This document shows, piece by piece, positions 49,472 to 62,600 of a stretch of 64,000 bases of DNA. Each line of letters opens with the position of its first letter. Position 1 is the stretch's first letter. The notes under the pieces are model-generated. The model was given only the letters and a program-made list of their open reading frames with translations. It was not told the DNA's origin and made no database searches. The position numbers and the translations under genes were made by a program. The DNA is from Catajapyx aquilonaris. Taxonomy: Eukaryota. Location of the stretch: contig JYFJ02001628.1 of the NCBI GenBank assembly GCA_000934665.2, forward strand, positions 1-64,000, written 5' to 3'.

Positions 49472-49627
49472 CCAGGACTCCAAGTCGGTAATTGACAGTG
49501 ACGACCACGACGGAGCTGTACGCCGCAAGGACCGACCCATCGTACGGGTTGCCCGAGTTCCATTCGAACGACTCTCCATGTATGAAGACCAGGACCGGAT
49601 TCAGTTGCGCATCTCGATCTCGACCAG
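49472..49627 (-). CDS. Nlg: Neuroligin B coding exon 2
   Basis: Pyrimidine tract plus ccag| acceptor; [23 protein letters not shown]...NYRLGVL(G); donor G|gtgcgg. Confidence 0.94.
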
Positions 49628-52600
49628 CTGGTATAGAAAAGAGAGAATAGTGCAACCCTGCATTAGTAGGCTATAGTGTGGAAAAGCGGGTCGATGGCGC
49701 CATCTTGCGCCGGCCCGCCATCTGGCGGCACACGCCCGCTTCTAATTGAGGCGCCGTTGCCAATTTGGCGCCAGGCCCGCGGGACCGGTGCCATTAGACT
49801 AGAAAAAAAAAATGCAAGGAAAAGCGAGGGCACCGAACCATCTCTCGGACCATTTTGGCGCGACCCGTTACTACACTAGTTGTCGTACTGAACCCGATTA
49901 CTTATCCGCAAAAAGAGGGCAGCACCTCGGAATGTTAGAGGGTCCGATCGAATCCCTCGCAGCATCCGGAGAGTACCACCAGTTGGCAGCGCCGTTCGGG
50001 ACCATGGGTGTTGGGGGAAATTTTTGCACACATATCTGTACGAGAATGCATCATGTGTTGGGTATGAGATGGGCTGGGACGGAAATATATCCTACAGTTT
50101 TTTGCATGGAGAAATCCGAGAGCTGTGCTTTGGAGAAGAAGCACAACAGGAAACAAACATAACTCACGCCTTGATTCTAGGAGCTTATTAGGAAACATGG
50201 GAGGGGGTTTTGCAAAGGAGCGAATTCCAGAAGGCATTTGGTTTCAACTAGGTCGCTTAGTGCGCATTCCCTAATTATTGTCAAGAATGCAAACAGGCAT
50301 TCACATAATATGAATATTAAGCAAATTTGGCGATTTTTTTTCCGCATGATATGAAATGATGGCCATAGTGAAGTAGGCAGTTCTTTTTGGTACAAACTGA
50401 GGGCCAAAATAACTCTGGACAAGTCCGGACCTAGCGCGGATGTTAGTTCGTGACGGCCTCGACGTTGTGGTTGAGAACAGTTGAGTGCTGATAATGGGAT
50501 GGATGGGAAAAAGTGGTCTGTGAGTGGATGACGTCGTGGGATAGGTGAGGGGGGTCACTCGAGGTTGTAAAGACACTTAGGATATGAGTTTTAGGATGAA
50601 AACATAACTGCACTTACATGTTCTCAAAATGTATATTGTTGTTCATATATGTTCTGTGCTAATTATAGTTCTGGGAAAGGCATCGTTTCCATTGGTCGAG
50701 TGAAGGAATTATGAATAATCAGAGATTTTCCATTAATTTGTGTACACAATTAGGCCTAATTTTTCAATAATTTATTTGCTTGAAACTGCATGAAAGCTTT
50801 TGATGAACTTTTATTTGGTCTGACTCACCACATTACAGTAAAATCGCTTTGAGCGCTGAATATGTTAGGCAAAAGATTCATTAGAATCGATTTAATCTAA
50901 CTTATTTTTGCTCCATAGTGCTTTTCATGTGCAGCTCACTTCCCATTTTTCTACAGTGAAAATCGCATCCAGCTTGTAAATTCAGTTACCTTGTATAAGT
51001 GACCAATAGCAAAGAGCTGCATAGTAATCAGTATACTGTAGGTTATGAAATATGCCCAGCTCAGATAAACAGCCTCAGGACAAAAGAAAAAGCCGTGAAT
51101 GATAGCTCACGTGCTGTTTCCATGGCATTTCATTTCCAAAACCGTTACATATGCAAGTGGCACAACTCCTGGCGACAAATCTTTGACGGCGATAAATGAG
51201 CAGAAAAAGAACTCTCGCCAGTTAGACGATGTGCCAAGAAACACTGTAGCGTACTACGACTGGTAGTGGCATCAACTATTCTTATGGCGCAACTAATTAG
51301 AAAGCGTTGTTAACTTGAACATAACGCGAGCTTCCGCCATCAGGCAAAAAAAGAGTGAGAGAGATGGGCCTTCATTTACATTTTGCTCGGGGCACCTGTA
51401 CGAGGATTACTCTGGCTCTGCTCCACACCGTGTTATGTTACACTGATTAAATTCATTAAAAAACATCAAGGGGAAGCCTCTAATGAGCGCAGCTGAAACT
51501 CTGCGTAATGTTGCAACAAGTTTTGTCGCCGAGCCCAACTTGGACATGGACATGTACAGTGTATTTTGGACATATGGAATATTAAAGGTGAAAGCACTAT
51601 AGCGACAGTACGACGACGTGTCGCAGGAGAGATATTTTCAGCAAGACTGACAGTGATTTTTGTTTCCTGGGATCAAGGTAGGTGTGGTGTCACCTTGTTC
51701 AATCAGCTTCAATTACAAAGGTGGACAATGACTTTTTACATGCGAATTTAGAAATGAGAGCAATTATGACACCTATTTCATTTAATGAGGCAAAAAATTA
51801 ACAACAGGGTATACTGCGATAGTGTTACAATTTTAATAATTTCCTGATTAGCAAATTGTAATTATTAAGGCCGGATCTGCATCAGGTCTAGTTCATTCGT
51901 TGCTGTGTAAATGTCCCACACTATTTACAGAGCGGTGCTTCTAGAATATTTAATTCCCTTTGAACGACCTCCCGGCTTGCCCCGTACATAAGCCAGTCGC
52001 ATATGAAACAAATTTTATGCAGTTGTACCTTCAGTTAATTTGCATACTACAGAGCAGGGTTCTATTTGTTTCCATGCAACTTCATAAATGATGCACTCTC
52101 TCTGTAAATTAAGGCCCGGCTTTGATATCAGAATTTGCACAAAAATAACGAAAAAAAAGATGCGGGCAATGACCTGTAATATCCACGTGTCTCAATTATA
52201 GAAACATGTTATTTTCCAATAATACGTTGCTGTTCACACCTACAACGAGATTACGCGTATCCCGGAGCGGAATTCTGGGAAGGTAGCCAGGTGAGGATAG
52301 GAAAGACAGTGATTCGCAGCATCCGCCTTAAGTATCCAGGATGATGCCCTCTAGTTAGGAATTTTCTCCCCCTTTTGCAAGTTTCGAGGCTCCAAGGATA
52401 AACTTTCCTCACCATGTTCGCTTGTAACTTTGTCGGCAAAACATCTCACTTTGTACATGTCGCAGACACTTACGATCTTCCGCAGAACTGAAAGCTTACA
52501 AGCAAACACGGTGGAGTAAAAAGGAACCGAACTTGCGCCAGCTACTGCGCTCCTGCCAATTTTTTACACCACATTATCTGAAAGATTTAACAAAAGGAGC

Positions 52601-52898
52601 CGTGAGTAAAGTAACGTTGACCTTAGTCTTTTTGACGCAAAGTTACAGAACGTCACGGTCCGTAACGTTCGCACAGTTGCTTATTTTCACAGCGATTATG
52701 TGCTGCATTTTCGATTACGTATACAAATTGGCATGGTTAACCCATTTTTGGCAGTTTTGGCACGACCTAATATTAGAACTAATATTTCATAACATCTAAT
52801 CGTAACTGTTTATAAATAACCGAATCAAATGGCAAAAACTGGCTAACCGACACGAGCAACTGAAGACAATAATATAAACAACGCAACTGTTTCCGAAC

Positions 52899-53307
52899 CT
52901 TGCGCAGGCGCATACACGTTGAGGTAGAGACAATCCTCTCTCTGGTCCCTGAGAAACGGCTCCAGCTTCTTAAGGAAAGGCCTCCTGGGCGGGGTCACGT
53001 CTGGATCGACCGACCTGGGAAACCTTTGCGGGCAGGCCGGGCCTAACCTGTCGGCCAACCTGAGCTGATCCCACCTGAGCGGGGTCATCGGGGGCATGAA
53101 CCTGAACTGGCCAACCGGGGGCGAGGCATAGGGCAATCCTAGGAAGGCCTCAACCGCCCTGAGCCTCGGGTGGTGTCCATGTGGGGCTAGGATACCCCTG
53201 ACCATCCCCTGCTTAGTGGACACCACCCTGGACACCTGGTGCCGCTGTCCTTCAACCACCAACAACCACGACCACCACCACCACAACCATCTCCACCATG
53301 CCGCCAT
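52899..53307 (-). CDS. Nlg: Neuroligin B coding exon 1
   Basis: accATGg start; SRVVSTKQGMVRG..EAFLGLPYASPP..EDCLYLNVYAPAQ; donor CAAG|gttcgg. Confidence 0.93.
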
Positions 53308-54077
53308 GGTTGTGTACTACAGTCCGTGTGTATGGGAACCGAGGACATGGCCCCTAACCGGCTTTTATTTTCGGAAGCCAGGAGACGCATTCTTGGACGA
53401 CCTCCAGTGAAGGAGGGCTCTTCTTCTGTCGGTTTTGGGGACCATGCAAGGGAACCCCATCTGTTGTCGCCGGGAACAATCTCCGGACCGACGAACCCGA
53501 TGGGGGGAAAAAGGGGTTTCACATGTGCTATATATGTGGTCCACGCATTGCGACTGTTTATGGCAATGCACTTCATCTCTCAGTATCGCCCAACCCAGTG
53601 GAGGCCAAGGATCCATGAAAATGCTAATGCAGGAATAACAATTCCAGCCTGAACTACTCGCCAAATTAACACGCTAGCTCGTAACTTTTTTTTTTTTGCG
53701 CTACAAGTTATATTATGAAAGCTCACGCAACAGGGCAACCGCAAGCTGCTGCAAATAGTAAGTCCAATAACCTTAGCCCAAACCTTCCTCCAAATCACGC
53801 TTTATGGTTGACAACGCGATTCCCTGTAGTTAATCTCCAACAAGGCTGCTGGAGGTATAAAAAGCATAAGTTATGAACATTGTTTTGCTCTGTGCATTAG
53901 TTTCATAAATACGTTCAAGCCATGTACAGTATAACGCATCCAAAACTGTGTGCGCTAACAGGTCATATCCTGCTTAATCCCTACAAAGTGAAGTCCTATG
54001 CACCGATGCTTACATAAATACGCTGGGGGTACACTCAGTATTACTCTATACAGGGTGGTATATTGCCCAATACGGTA

Positions 54078-54217
54078 CAATCTGTCTCAATAAGTTTTGG
54101 CCACTTTATCCTGGTCTTGAAGCAACCATTCGCACAGGCCCCACTGTGAGCAGGTATGTGTGTGAAATGTTGCTTCAAGACCAGGATAAAGTGGCCAAAA
54201 CTTATTGAGACAGATTG
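54078..54217. mobile_element. MITE family A copy (Tc1/mariner-type, TA TSD)
   Basis: TA|caatctgtctcaataagttttggcc...ggccaaaacttattgagacagattg|TA. Confidence 0.85.
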
Positions 54218-54493
54218 TATAGTAATTGACAGTTAACGCCAATGCAACCCAACTCACACATAATACATGGACAATTCTTAAAATATTACAATGCTTTTAA
54301 AATCATTTCTCCGCATTTTAATTTTCTGGCTTGAATCTGAGTAGTCAACCATCAGGCTCTTCCAAAGTGACTTTAATGCATTTCCCCTTCCCTGACTTAG
54401 ATGGCACGCCCCGTCAACAATATCCAAACCGTAATTTACTCATCAGAAAAGGCATCCGGGCAAGTCACATTTAGGTTGATGGATGTCCCTCAC

Positions 54494-54835
54494 TTGCGGC
54501 CACCCGGTGAGCTAACAGCCACCATTAAAATTGTCCAAAACCCCTGACGCACAACTTCTAGAAAATCACCCCAGATGAGATATGAACCCTGTAAAACGAC
54601 CCGATAAGTACTCAAATTCGTCAAATAAAAAAAAAGTGGCACGTGTCCGTGAATCGATTCGCGGTCAATTGCCTCAGGTTGCTATGAGAGTTCGTCTTGG
54701 TGCATTGTCTCCTGAGAGTGGGGTACCCATGGTGTGGGTCTCTAAGGAGAGGGACTATTATCTCTGCGTTGAGTGGAACGAGATCAAGTGGAAAGCGGGT
54801 TGGTGCCGTCGGGACTCGACGACGACGACGACTGA
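54494..54835 (-). promoter_or_regulatory. Candidate TSS and 5' UTR exon of neuroligin B
   Basis: Initiator-like ATCAGTC (A at 54833) in a GC-rich patch; possible donor AA|gtgagg near 54493. Confidence 0.3.
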
Positions 54836-56455
54836 TGAGTTCTCTTGGGTGGAGGCATCCAGCTTCAGCGACGCTTCTCCGATGCCTCGTTGGCAAATCG
54901 ACTGCGCCGCCGGGAGGGAAGCTTTAGCCTCCGTTGCTAGCTGGTTGCTTGCTACTTGCAGATTAAAAATGACCTGCGGGACCCTGAGGGTACCAGGGAC
55001 TCTTCCGGATCCATTTTGTTTCAGATCCGGCTCAAATCCGTTTCGCAACTTAGGTGCGACGGTGCAGTGTGGGTCTGCATAAGGCTGGGATAGGAGTGTA
55101 TGTACGCGCCACCCTGTACATTCACCCCTGTTTATACATAGGGGTGCATTGACCTATGTTTAAAAATTTATTAAAGCCACACCCAACACGGTTATGTTGA
55201 CGCTTGGGGCATTAGTAACATATTTTATCAATACAATCACGGTCAGCACTCACTGGACACGACCCAATATTCTAATACCATATGCACCACAGGGTTAATG
55301 TCAACAAGCTCTAATTACAATCCTAAGTTTAGATAATATCCGCTGCATAATATCGCAAAATAATTGCTAAAAATTAAAGACGCCCATCGCGATTTGCCAC
55401 ACCTTTGCTCCACCCATTAGCAAATCTGGCTTCAAAACCCGGATTTTTAGCCTCAAAAATAATTAATACCTGTTAAAACACATTTTCACCATTTAATTCC
55501 ACCCTTTTTGACGTACCCCCCTAAAAATATATATAGCTTCACGGCATGCTGCCAACATCAGAGAGTTACCTTCATTCGGCCTGCATAATTCATGATAAAA
55601 ACTTGAAACGGAAAACAAGCATTTGAAAACATTTCCGGAAACACTCAAAGCAGACTGCATGAATTAACAGCGGGTGGGCCGCCCCCGGGTGGGCCCAGAC
55701 ACCGCCGCAACATTTCATAGCCCTAGGGCTAGAGTGCAAAGGTTGCGTGCATGTACGGACACCGCAGCATAATACGATTAACCTGTGGCCTAGATGCTGA
55801 TAGAGAGAGGGGGTTTTTAAAAAAATGGTGGGAGGACAACAAACAACAAAAATGGTTTCTAGGGAGCGTCAACGGGGCAGAAAAAGGTTGGAAGTTTGAA
55901 CGTGCCGGTCGTGTCTTCGCCCATTTCCTTTCGCTTGCCATTTCCCTCCCTCAACTTCATTACTGGAGAGACTATTTCCTGCTTTCTGATGAGCCTCCGG
56001 AATTGCAAGTTGGCCTTGCCGTTGCACCAAGGGGGGATAGGAGGGAGACTAGAGATCCTCAGATCTATCGAGGGGGTGTTTGGCACGGTTCGATTTATAT
56101 CAAAAAAGTTGGCCCAGGTGTTCAGGTGAAACATATATCGTCTTTACATATACGGCGCATTACAGAATACAGAGTGGCAACTTTATTCCAGACAGTTCAG
56201 CGGAACGTCAACAACATAATTCAGGGTGGTAGGGCCTACTGTACGCACTGCCTAAGGTGAACCAACAACGGAGTGGAATTTTTAAAAAAGGTGGATTATT
56301 CAATACCATACGTGACTGCTGTTGAGTATACGCACTTGAGGTAAACAACCTATCGTGTAATACTGGAGGTGTCAATGTACGTCCGGTTGCACGCCTGCAG
56401 AAAACATTTTCCGGCTGGGGAAAATTCAGCGGTGTGTGACCCATTCTTGTCAACA

Positions 56456-56629
56456 CTGAATAATTCAAAGGGGTTAACCACTTCGGTATACTCCGGTGTA
56501 CAACTGCAGTGCTACTCCCAGGTACTCTTTATAGGTACCTTACTCTTTGGTAGAATCCTTGGTACTCTTTGAATTTGGTACTCCAGGGTACACTTTACAG
56601 TCGAGTGGTTAACTCCTTGAATAATTCAG
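56456..56629. repeat. Inverted repeat with TTAA junctions around degenerate ggtactcttt repeats (piggyBac-like MITE remnants)
   Basis: ctgaataattcaaaggggTTAAccacttcg ... cgagtggTTAActccttgaataattcag. Confidence 0.5.
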
Positions 56630-57030
56630 GCACCAATACATTTCAGCAATACGTCAGTGTATTTAAGACGGACAATATATTGATAATAATCGAGGAGGAT
56701 GGCCTGGGAGGCGGTATTTCCAGGCCTACAGTAGGTTTGCGCGCGCTGGGTGGGGCAATGACGGGAGGGGGAGGAGGCGTCGTCGACGTCGGCGTGTTGG
56801 TGCTGGTGGTCGGGGGCCGGCGCCCAGTGCGCGGAGGGCGGGCAATCGGGATAGCGGGTGGTGCGGTGGTGGCCACCGCGCGGATGGCGCGTACGGCGTC
56901 CGGACGACGGAGGTGACGACGCCGGCGACGCCGCGAACCTGGGAGGTCGGTCGCGAGGCGTGCGGAGCAGCGGCGCCCGCCGACGACCGCAGCGCCGCCA
57001 TGGCGACGCCCGCCGCCGCCTGAGGGCGCC

Positions 57031-57610
57031 ATGCCGGGGCCGCGGCGCGCGCGACGTCGACGAAGACGACGCCCGGCCCTACCCGACACCACCGTACCCG
57101 CTGACCAACCTTCCTTTCCTACACTGCCGGCGTCGTCGTCGACGTCCACTGGGACGCGCTCTTGTTCTTGGTTTTTTCTGGTGCTGGTGCTGGCGGTTGC
57201 GTCGGTTGCGTCGGGTGCTGGCAGTGGTGGTGTCGGGGCAGCAGCAGCATCCGCGGGTTCACCTTCGCGAGTGGTGCGGACCAAGTACGGACGCCTGCAA
57301 GGACGTGTGGTGTCAGCCGAAAGCAGGCACCTTAGGCCCGTCGAGGCCTTCCTGGGAGTACCTTACGCCTCCCCGCCCGTGGGCACGCTCCGGTTCATGC
57401 CCCCGGTCACGGCCGCCCCATGGAGCGGAATCCGTTCCGCGGATCACTTCCCGCCAGCCTGTCCGCAACGGCTGCCGGACCTGCGGAACGAAACTGCCGC
57501 GCTCCAACGCATGCCCCGGGGCCGACTCGAGGCCCTCAGGAGGCTCCTTCCGCTCCTGGTCAACCAGAGCGAAGACTGTCTCTACCTCAACGTCTACGCG
57601 CCCGCCCCAG
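57031..57610 (+). CDS. Nlg: Neuroligin paralogue C coding exon 1
   Basis: gccATG; Arg-rich extension, hydrophobic WFFLVLVLAVASVA, then SRVVRTKYGRLQG..EAFLGVPYASPP..EDCLYLNVYAPAP; donor CCAG|gtgcga. Confidence 0.92.
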
Positions 57611-59260
57611 GTGCGACCCTTTGCATGCACAAACCGGTTGAGCAGGTGAAACAGTTTGTGTGATGCGCTATTGGGGACGGTTCACACGTGCCAAATAGCG
57701 CATCACCTATTGGCACACCTGCTGGTCCAGCCAATGGTGCCAATATCCGGCTCCCACCAAGGGTGACCCTGTGACCTGTCCTCTCAGCTCCCTCCTCAGC
57801 CTCCCAACCAGCACCAACCACCCAGCAAGGTCGCTATTGATCAACACGCGGGGTTGCCATTGCGGGGAATCCTAACGAAAGCCGGCAATGCAGCGGCACA
57901 GTTTTAGTGCGAGAGAGATAGAGGAGAGAGAGAGAGAGGATGGCTCTCTGCTTGCTGGCACGGCTAATTGCAGCCCCACCAGAGAGAATGATGACGTTCA
58001 TGTCGAGGAAACTACCAAGAGACCCTTTTCTTTCACGGGATTCCCTTCCGCTATTAAGATCTCGCCTGCAGGCTTTGCGCCTCACATCGATTCCTACAGG
58101 AACCATTTTTTGGACATTTTTGGGTGGTGTCAACGGGTGGGCTCAAATTAGGCGCAATTATTGGGTTCAAATCTTTGTGGAATACCAGAAAAGGACAGGG
58201 GTTGGCCAACTACCCCCGTGGGAGGCTTTTTGATCAATAGTCGACTTGTTCGTAATCATCGTAATCTCTTGATCCATCGTCATGCATATGATAATCATCG
58301 GATTTGGCTGATTAGTAATCCGCAGGCGGCCAAATGAATAGTATCGGATGGTTGAGGGAGGTTCAATCGCTGTAAGATTGGAAAGAATGGTGGTCTCTAC
58401 TCTCGAGTGTAACTGCAAATGATAATTCCAACAATCCAACCAAATAACAATTTGTTGGAATTATTGCTTGTTGCTGGTTGCTGGAACAGTAATTTCTCCT
58501 ACCCCCCTTTTGAAACGGGGCCTTTGGGCATACCACAGGGCGTCTAGTCCTAAATTGCACCAGAAATTGCCTTTACGACCAATCATCTAGGGGATTGCAA
58601 ATTTCCGGACGACAATGCATAAAGTTTGAGTATAAATATTGGTATAGAGAAAATATTCATAATTTTCTGTGAAACGGTGCAGGATTACCAATTAGCTCTT
58701 AATTTAAAATTGCAATTTGGGATTTAATATCGCGTGTTGATCACATACATTACACAAACTTTTTTTGCTGTTGCACAAGATGTCCGTTTCTCCCTTGCAA
58801 TTCCGGGCATAAGTCAAGCTAATTGCACATTATGGGAACTCCGTGGGCAGCACCATCTTCTCCATCATCATCACCATCGCCATTATCATCATCATCATCC
58901 TGAAATCTGAATCCTCCCTCCCCAGCATCCTTCCGCTGGCCTCTTTCTTAACCCTCCCCTTCCTCCACCCACCATTCCTCCTCGGTTCTGGGGAATTGAA
59001 TTTTGGGGGCAGTGCTGCCAAACCCCCCCCCCCCCCTCCCTCTGCCTCCAAATTGAAGGGGACAGAGGCCAAAGGGCTTTTCTGCCTTGGTGACGTCAGA
59101 AGCAGACGACGGCCTCCGAGTGGTTTTGCGCGATCAGCACTTGGGGAATGGGCGTCGCTCGTTGGGATGACAAGGGGGGTTGGGAGACTCAAACGCTCTA
59201 TCTACCCATATTTTTTGCGGCCCCTACAGTGTTGCCAGGTATCTGAGAAATAATGCTGTG

Positions 59261-59450
59261 CCTGGTTGCTGGTGACTGGGCCTGGTTGCTGGTGACTGAG
59301 CCTGGTGGCTGGTGACTGGGCCTGGTGGCTGGTGACTGGGCCTGGTGGCTAGTGACTGGGCCTGGTGGCTGGTGACTGGGCCTGGTAACTGATGACAATG
59401 ATTGACCAAACTCTACCCTGGTAACTGAGAGTGATTGGCCCAAACTCTAC
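59261..59450. repeat. Tandem repeat: 6 x 20 bp (cctggtggctggtgactggg) then 2 x ~35 bp, abutting the NlgC exon 2 acceptor
   Basis: Read directly from the sequence. Confidence 0.9.
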
Positions 59451-59456
59451 CCTTAG

Positions 59457-59609
59457 GAGCCCGTGATACGTCCCAGCGACACCCTGTACTGGTCTTCATC
59501 CATGGAGAATCCTTCGAATGGAACGCTGGCAACCCGTACGACGGATCGGTCCTGGCCGCCTACACCGCTGTCGTGGTCGTCACCGTCAACTACCGGCTCG
59601 GCGTCTTGG
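59457..59609 (+). CDS. Nlg: Neuroligin paralogue C coding exon 2 (gene presumably continues beyond the window)
   Basis: ccttag| acceptor; [45 protein letters not shown](G); donor G|gtgagt. No exon 3 found before 64000. Confidence 0.93.
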
Positions 59610-62600
59610 GTGAGTGTCAATCTATCCCATCAACCCATCCTAGCAACTCGATTTTACGAGCGGTCCCCCCCACTAGTAAAGCCTCTAGCAGAGCCCTTAC
59701 GTCACAGGCATTACACTCGGGATGGGGGATCGTATTTTTCACTTAGGGCTCGCGTTACGCCACAAATTTGCCGCTAACTGTGAGAAACATCCGTGGAGAT
59801 AAATAAGAGGGGGGGGGGGGGTAACTAGACACCAGGGGGGATGTCACACCCTTGTTCTGGAATCTGGATTTTTTTTTTTGCCACTTTGCGGTGTCTTTCT
59901 TTTTAGGGGTAACAGGAAACGTGGGGGTATTGACGTCATGCTTTGTAGGGGTATAGGGTGTACACACTGTCAAAGGTGGGATCAAAGGTGAGAATTCGGA
60001 GTATGCTTGAACCAGCGTCTGACATACTGAACCACCATATTAGTTTCCTACACAAAGTGCGATAAGGCCCTCGCGAAGACGCGGAGTTGCCATTTCACGT
60101 GTGTGATAAAAAAGTAAGAACATTTTTTGTGAGTAGGCCCTACTCCGTCAATTTTTTAATAGTCATAATTTTGTTGACAATCACAAATCGGTAATAGGCA
60201 CAGTACTTGTGTACTGCATATTAAAATTTCAAAATTAATAATAAAAGACACTGTATACTGTATCGGTTAGATTATGAACATAAATGTAACAACTCTGCAC
60301 GCAGCAACGTCTTTGGTTGGAATTAAGGTCAGGACTGTCTGTAGACTGGTTCAGGTATATCCACAGGGTGAGTCGGAAGGTGGGCGGGACTGGAACCAAC
60401 AGCAGTTGTCAATCGTGCTTTAGGAGCGGCTGCGGGAACCATAAAGTTATGTTAATTTAAGCTGTTAGAGGACCACTGCAAAGTCAATCCAAACATTTTG
60501 AGAGAAGCGGCGGATTGTGTCCTTCTTGCTAAATCGCAAAATAGCACTAATAGCTAAGTACTGTCATTTCGCTTATCCTGCCAAAATGGTCCTAAACTCT
60601 TAGGCATTGTTTTGTAGTTTATGGCTCCGGTTCTAAAGTTGGGTTTATGAAGAAAATCGGTGGTTATCCAAAAATGGTTAAACTACGTCTTATTTCAGAG
60701 TATTTGGTGCAAATATTAGGGTTTAGCAGGTCAATGTAAATTAATGGGGTTCAAGCCTGTCCATGCGGTTTCATCATATGGTCAATAGGTGGCTATTATA
60801 TGGCCAGGCTTTTTACATTAATACTTGTACATACATGTTCTCTATGAGCGTGAGAAATTTAACAAACTGCATTTAATATGACGTGGCAATGCCAGACTTG
60901 CACTGAAGCATAACTCGCGTATACACGACTCTTGTAATAAAAGACAACCGTCACATACTGCAGTACTTGCGGTTCCAACTGCTGCACTCCTGCTGCATAA
61001 TGGGCCTGCATTAAACTTCCAAAGAGACGTAGCTGTAGTACAGGCGGAAGCTTCCTCCTGTATAATAGACTTCCCGTACAGCTCGAGAACCGAAGGGTTT
61101 CGTTTCTGCACGAGGATATTCGCAAAAGGCCATTATATCCGCCGAGTTTGCACAGGGTTGATTATCAGGTGGTTAAAGAGGAGAAAACTGCAGTAAAAGG
61201 GACGTTTTGTAGGTTTTACTAATTTTGGAACTGATTCACTAGCCCATTTTCATACCGAGATACAGCCATGGTACAGGGTGTTTCAAAAAAATTGTGGTGT
61301 GGTCGTACAATGTGATTCACACCTGACGTGTGTTGCCCTAGGACAGCGACAAACGACTGTTTATCCAGAGCATGAAGCTCATTTATGTCTTGCGGTGCAC
61401 GAAGGTCTTTGAAGTTTAAGTTAGGATCCGGAGTTACAATAACATCCGGTAGTACAATAGAATCCGCCCCATCATTGTTTTGCACTTTATACTGACCGCT
61501 TTGAGCATATAACCCACGGCACAATACCGTTTGTTCTCACAGTATCTCAAAAGCTAAAGCAGTAAAACGCGCAAAGTAACCAAACGCGACAGGGATAATT
61601 ATGGATGTTGACTTCTCTCAAAATCCCTTTGAAGTTGCTTAAACTACAGCCCATAACCTGGACCGAACATTAAATTATTTTACATCATGTGTGTGATTCG
61701 TAATTTGCAAAACATATACTGTATTTTTGTACAATTCGGCTACAGAGAATAACGGATAACCCGTGGCGATTTTCAACGTTGGGATTAAAAATTTTAAACG
61801 CTTAAAAAGTACATGAATAGTTGAGAATTTTTTATAAAACTACTGCGAGCGCAAGTAACGCTTTGTTCGCATTAAAATTCCCGGACTCTTTAGGCCATTT
61901 GCGTTTTCAGCCGCCATGTTTTCCCCGGGCTGACATGCCATTTTCTGCTTCAGTAACAGGCCAATGGGACCGGCTGGAATATCAATTCCCATAATTCGTG
62001 TATGTGCATTACTGATATTGGAGCCAAAAAATAATGCGGTTAATAACTCCGAGGCCAACAGTCACAAATTCATAATATGCCACAAAAAAGTGTTAGCAAA
62101 ATTGCTGCCGCTCCAACAAAATGTTAAGTTCGCAGCATTTTATCCGCTGTTCCCAACACAGTTTGCAAACATCCGAAACATGTGTATGGCATTTTATCTA
62201 TTCACATAATGAGGCTGAAAATCTGCAATTAATTGAGTACATTTGGAAAAGCCCAAACCTAAATCTAATCGCTCTTCAGGTTTTTGGTAAATCCTCACAC
62301 ATCAAGGAGAGTACAAACAAATGGTCCTTTTCAAGGGCATAATCACTTGCCATTTGATATCCCGGCCCGCCGCTTCAACACAATTTGTGCATAAATGGGG
62401 TGTCACATGTTCGCCACCAATATCCTCCGCAGGTAAGCACACACCTGGCAAATGAATCGCCAAAATGTACATGTCATCGTGTTTTGTTGCGGTGGCAATT
62501 TACAGTCTGAATGATGCGCTGGCACGTACTACAACGGCCGTCACACTCGATGAGATCAACACTCCGCTGTTTCGAAAAGCTCCTCGATAAATTTTTCCGC

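Larger units (their letters stand above)
44511..53307 (-). other. Nlg: Neuroligin paralogue B (Nlg1-like). Exons 53307-52899, 49627-49472, 48766-48569, 48305-48023, 47096-46587, 46522-46404, 45942-45441, 45321-44511 = 2988 nt, 995 aa
   Basis: All eight exons have GT-AG boundaries with matching phases. GHGTG elbow; TM LRIALVTGVCLLLLNGCACAGMFYQR. GFLRP and the tail WYPQYSRS resemble insect Nlg1-type sequences as I recall them. Confidence 0.93.

Noticed and set aside
58843..59253. Hydrophobic or His-rich ORF as an alternative NlgC exon
   Set aside because: Produced by a (CAT)n microsatellite and C-runs; no convincing phase-compatible splice sites.
36948..59609. Active acetylcholinesterase or carboxylesterase genes
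   Set aside because: The nucleophile elbow is GHGTG (no Ser), the triad His is lost, and A and B have TM plus cytoplasmic tails. These are neuroligins.
61273..61524. Autonomous mariner element (TA-CAGGGTGTTTCAAAAA end)
   Set aside because: No matching second TIR or DDE transposase motifs found; at most a fragment.
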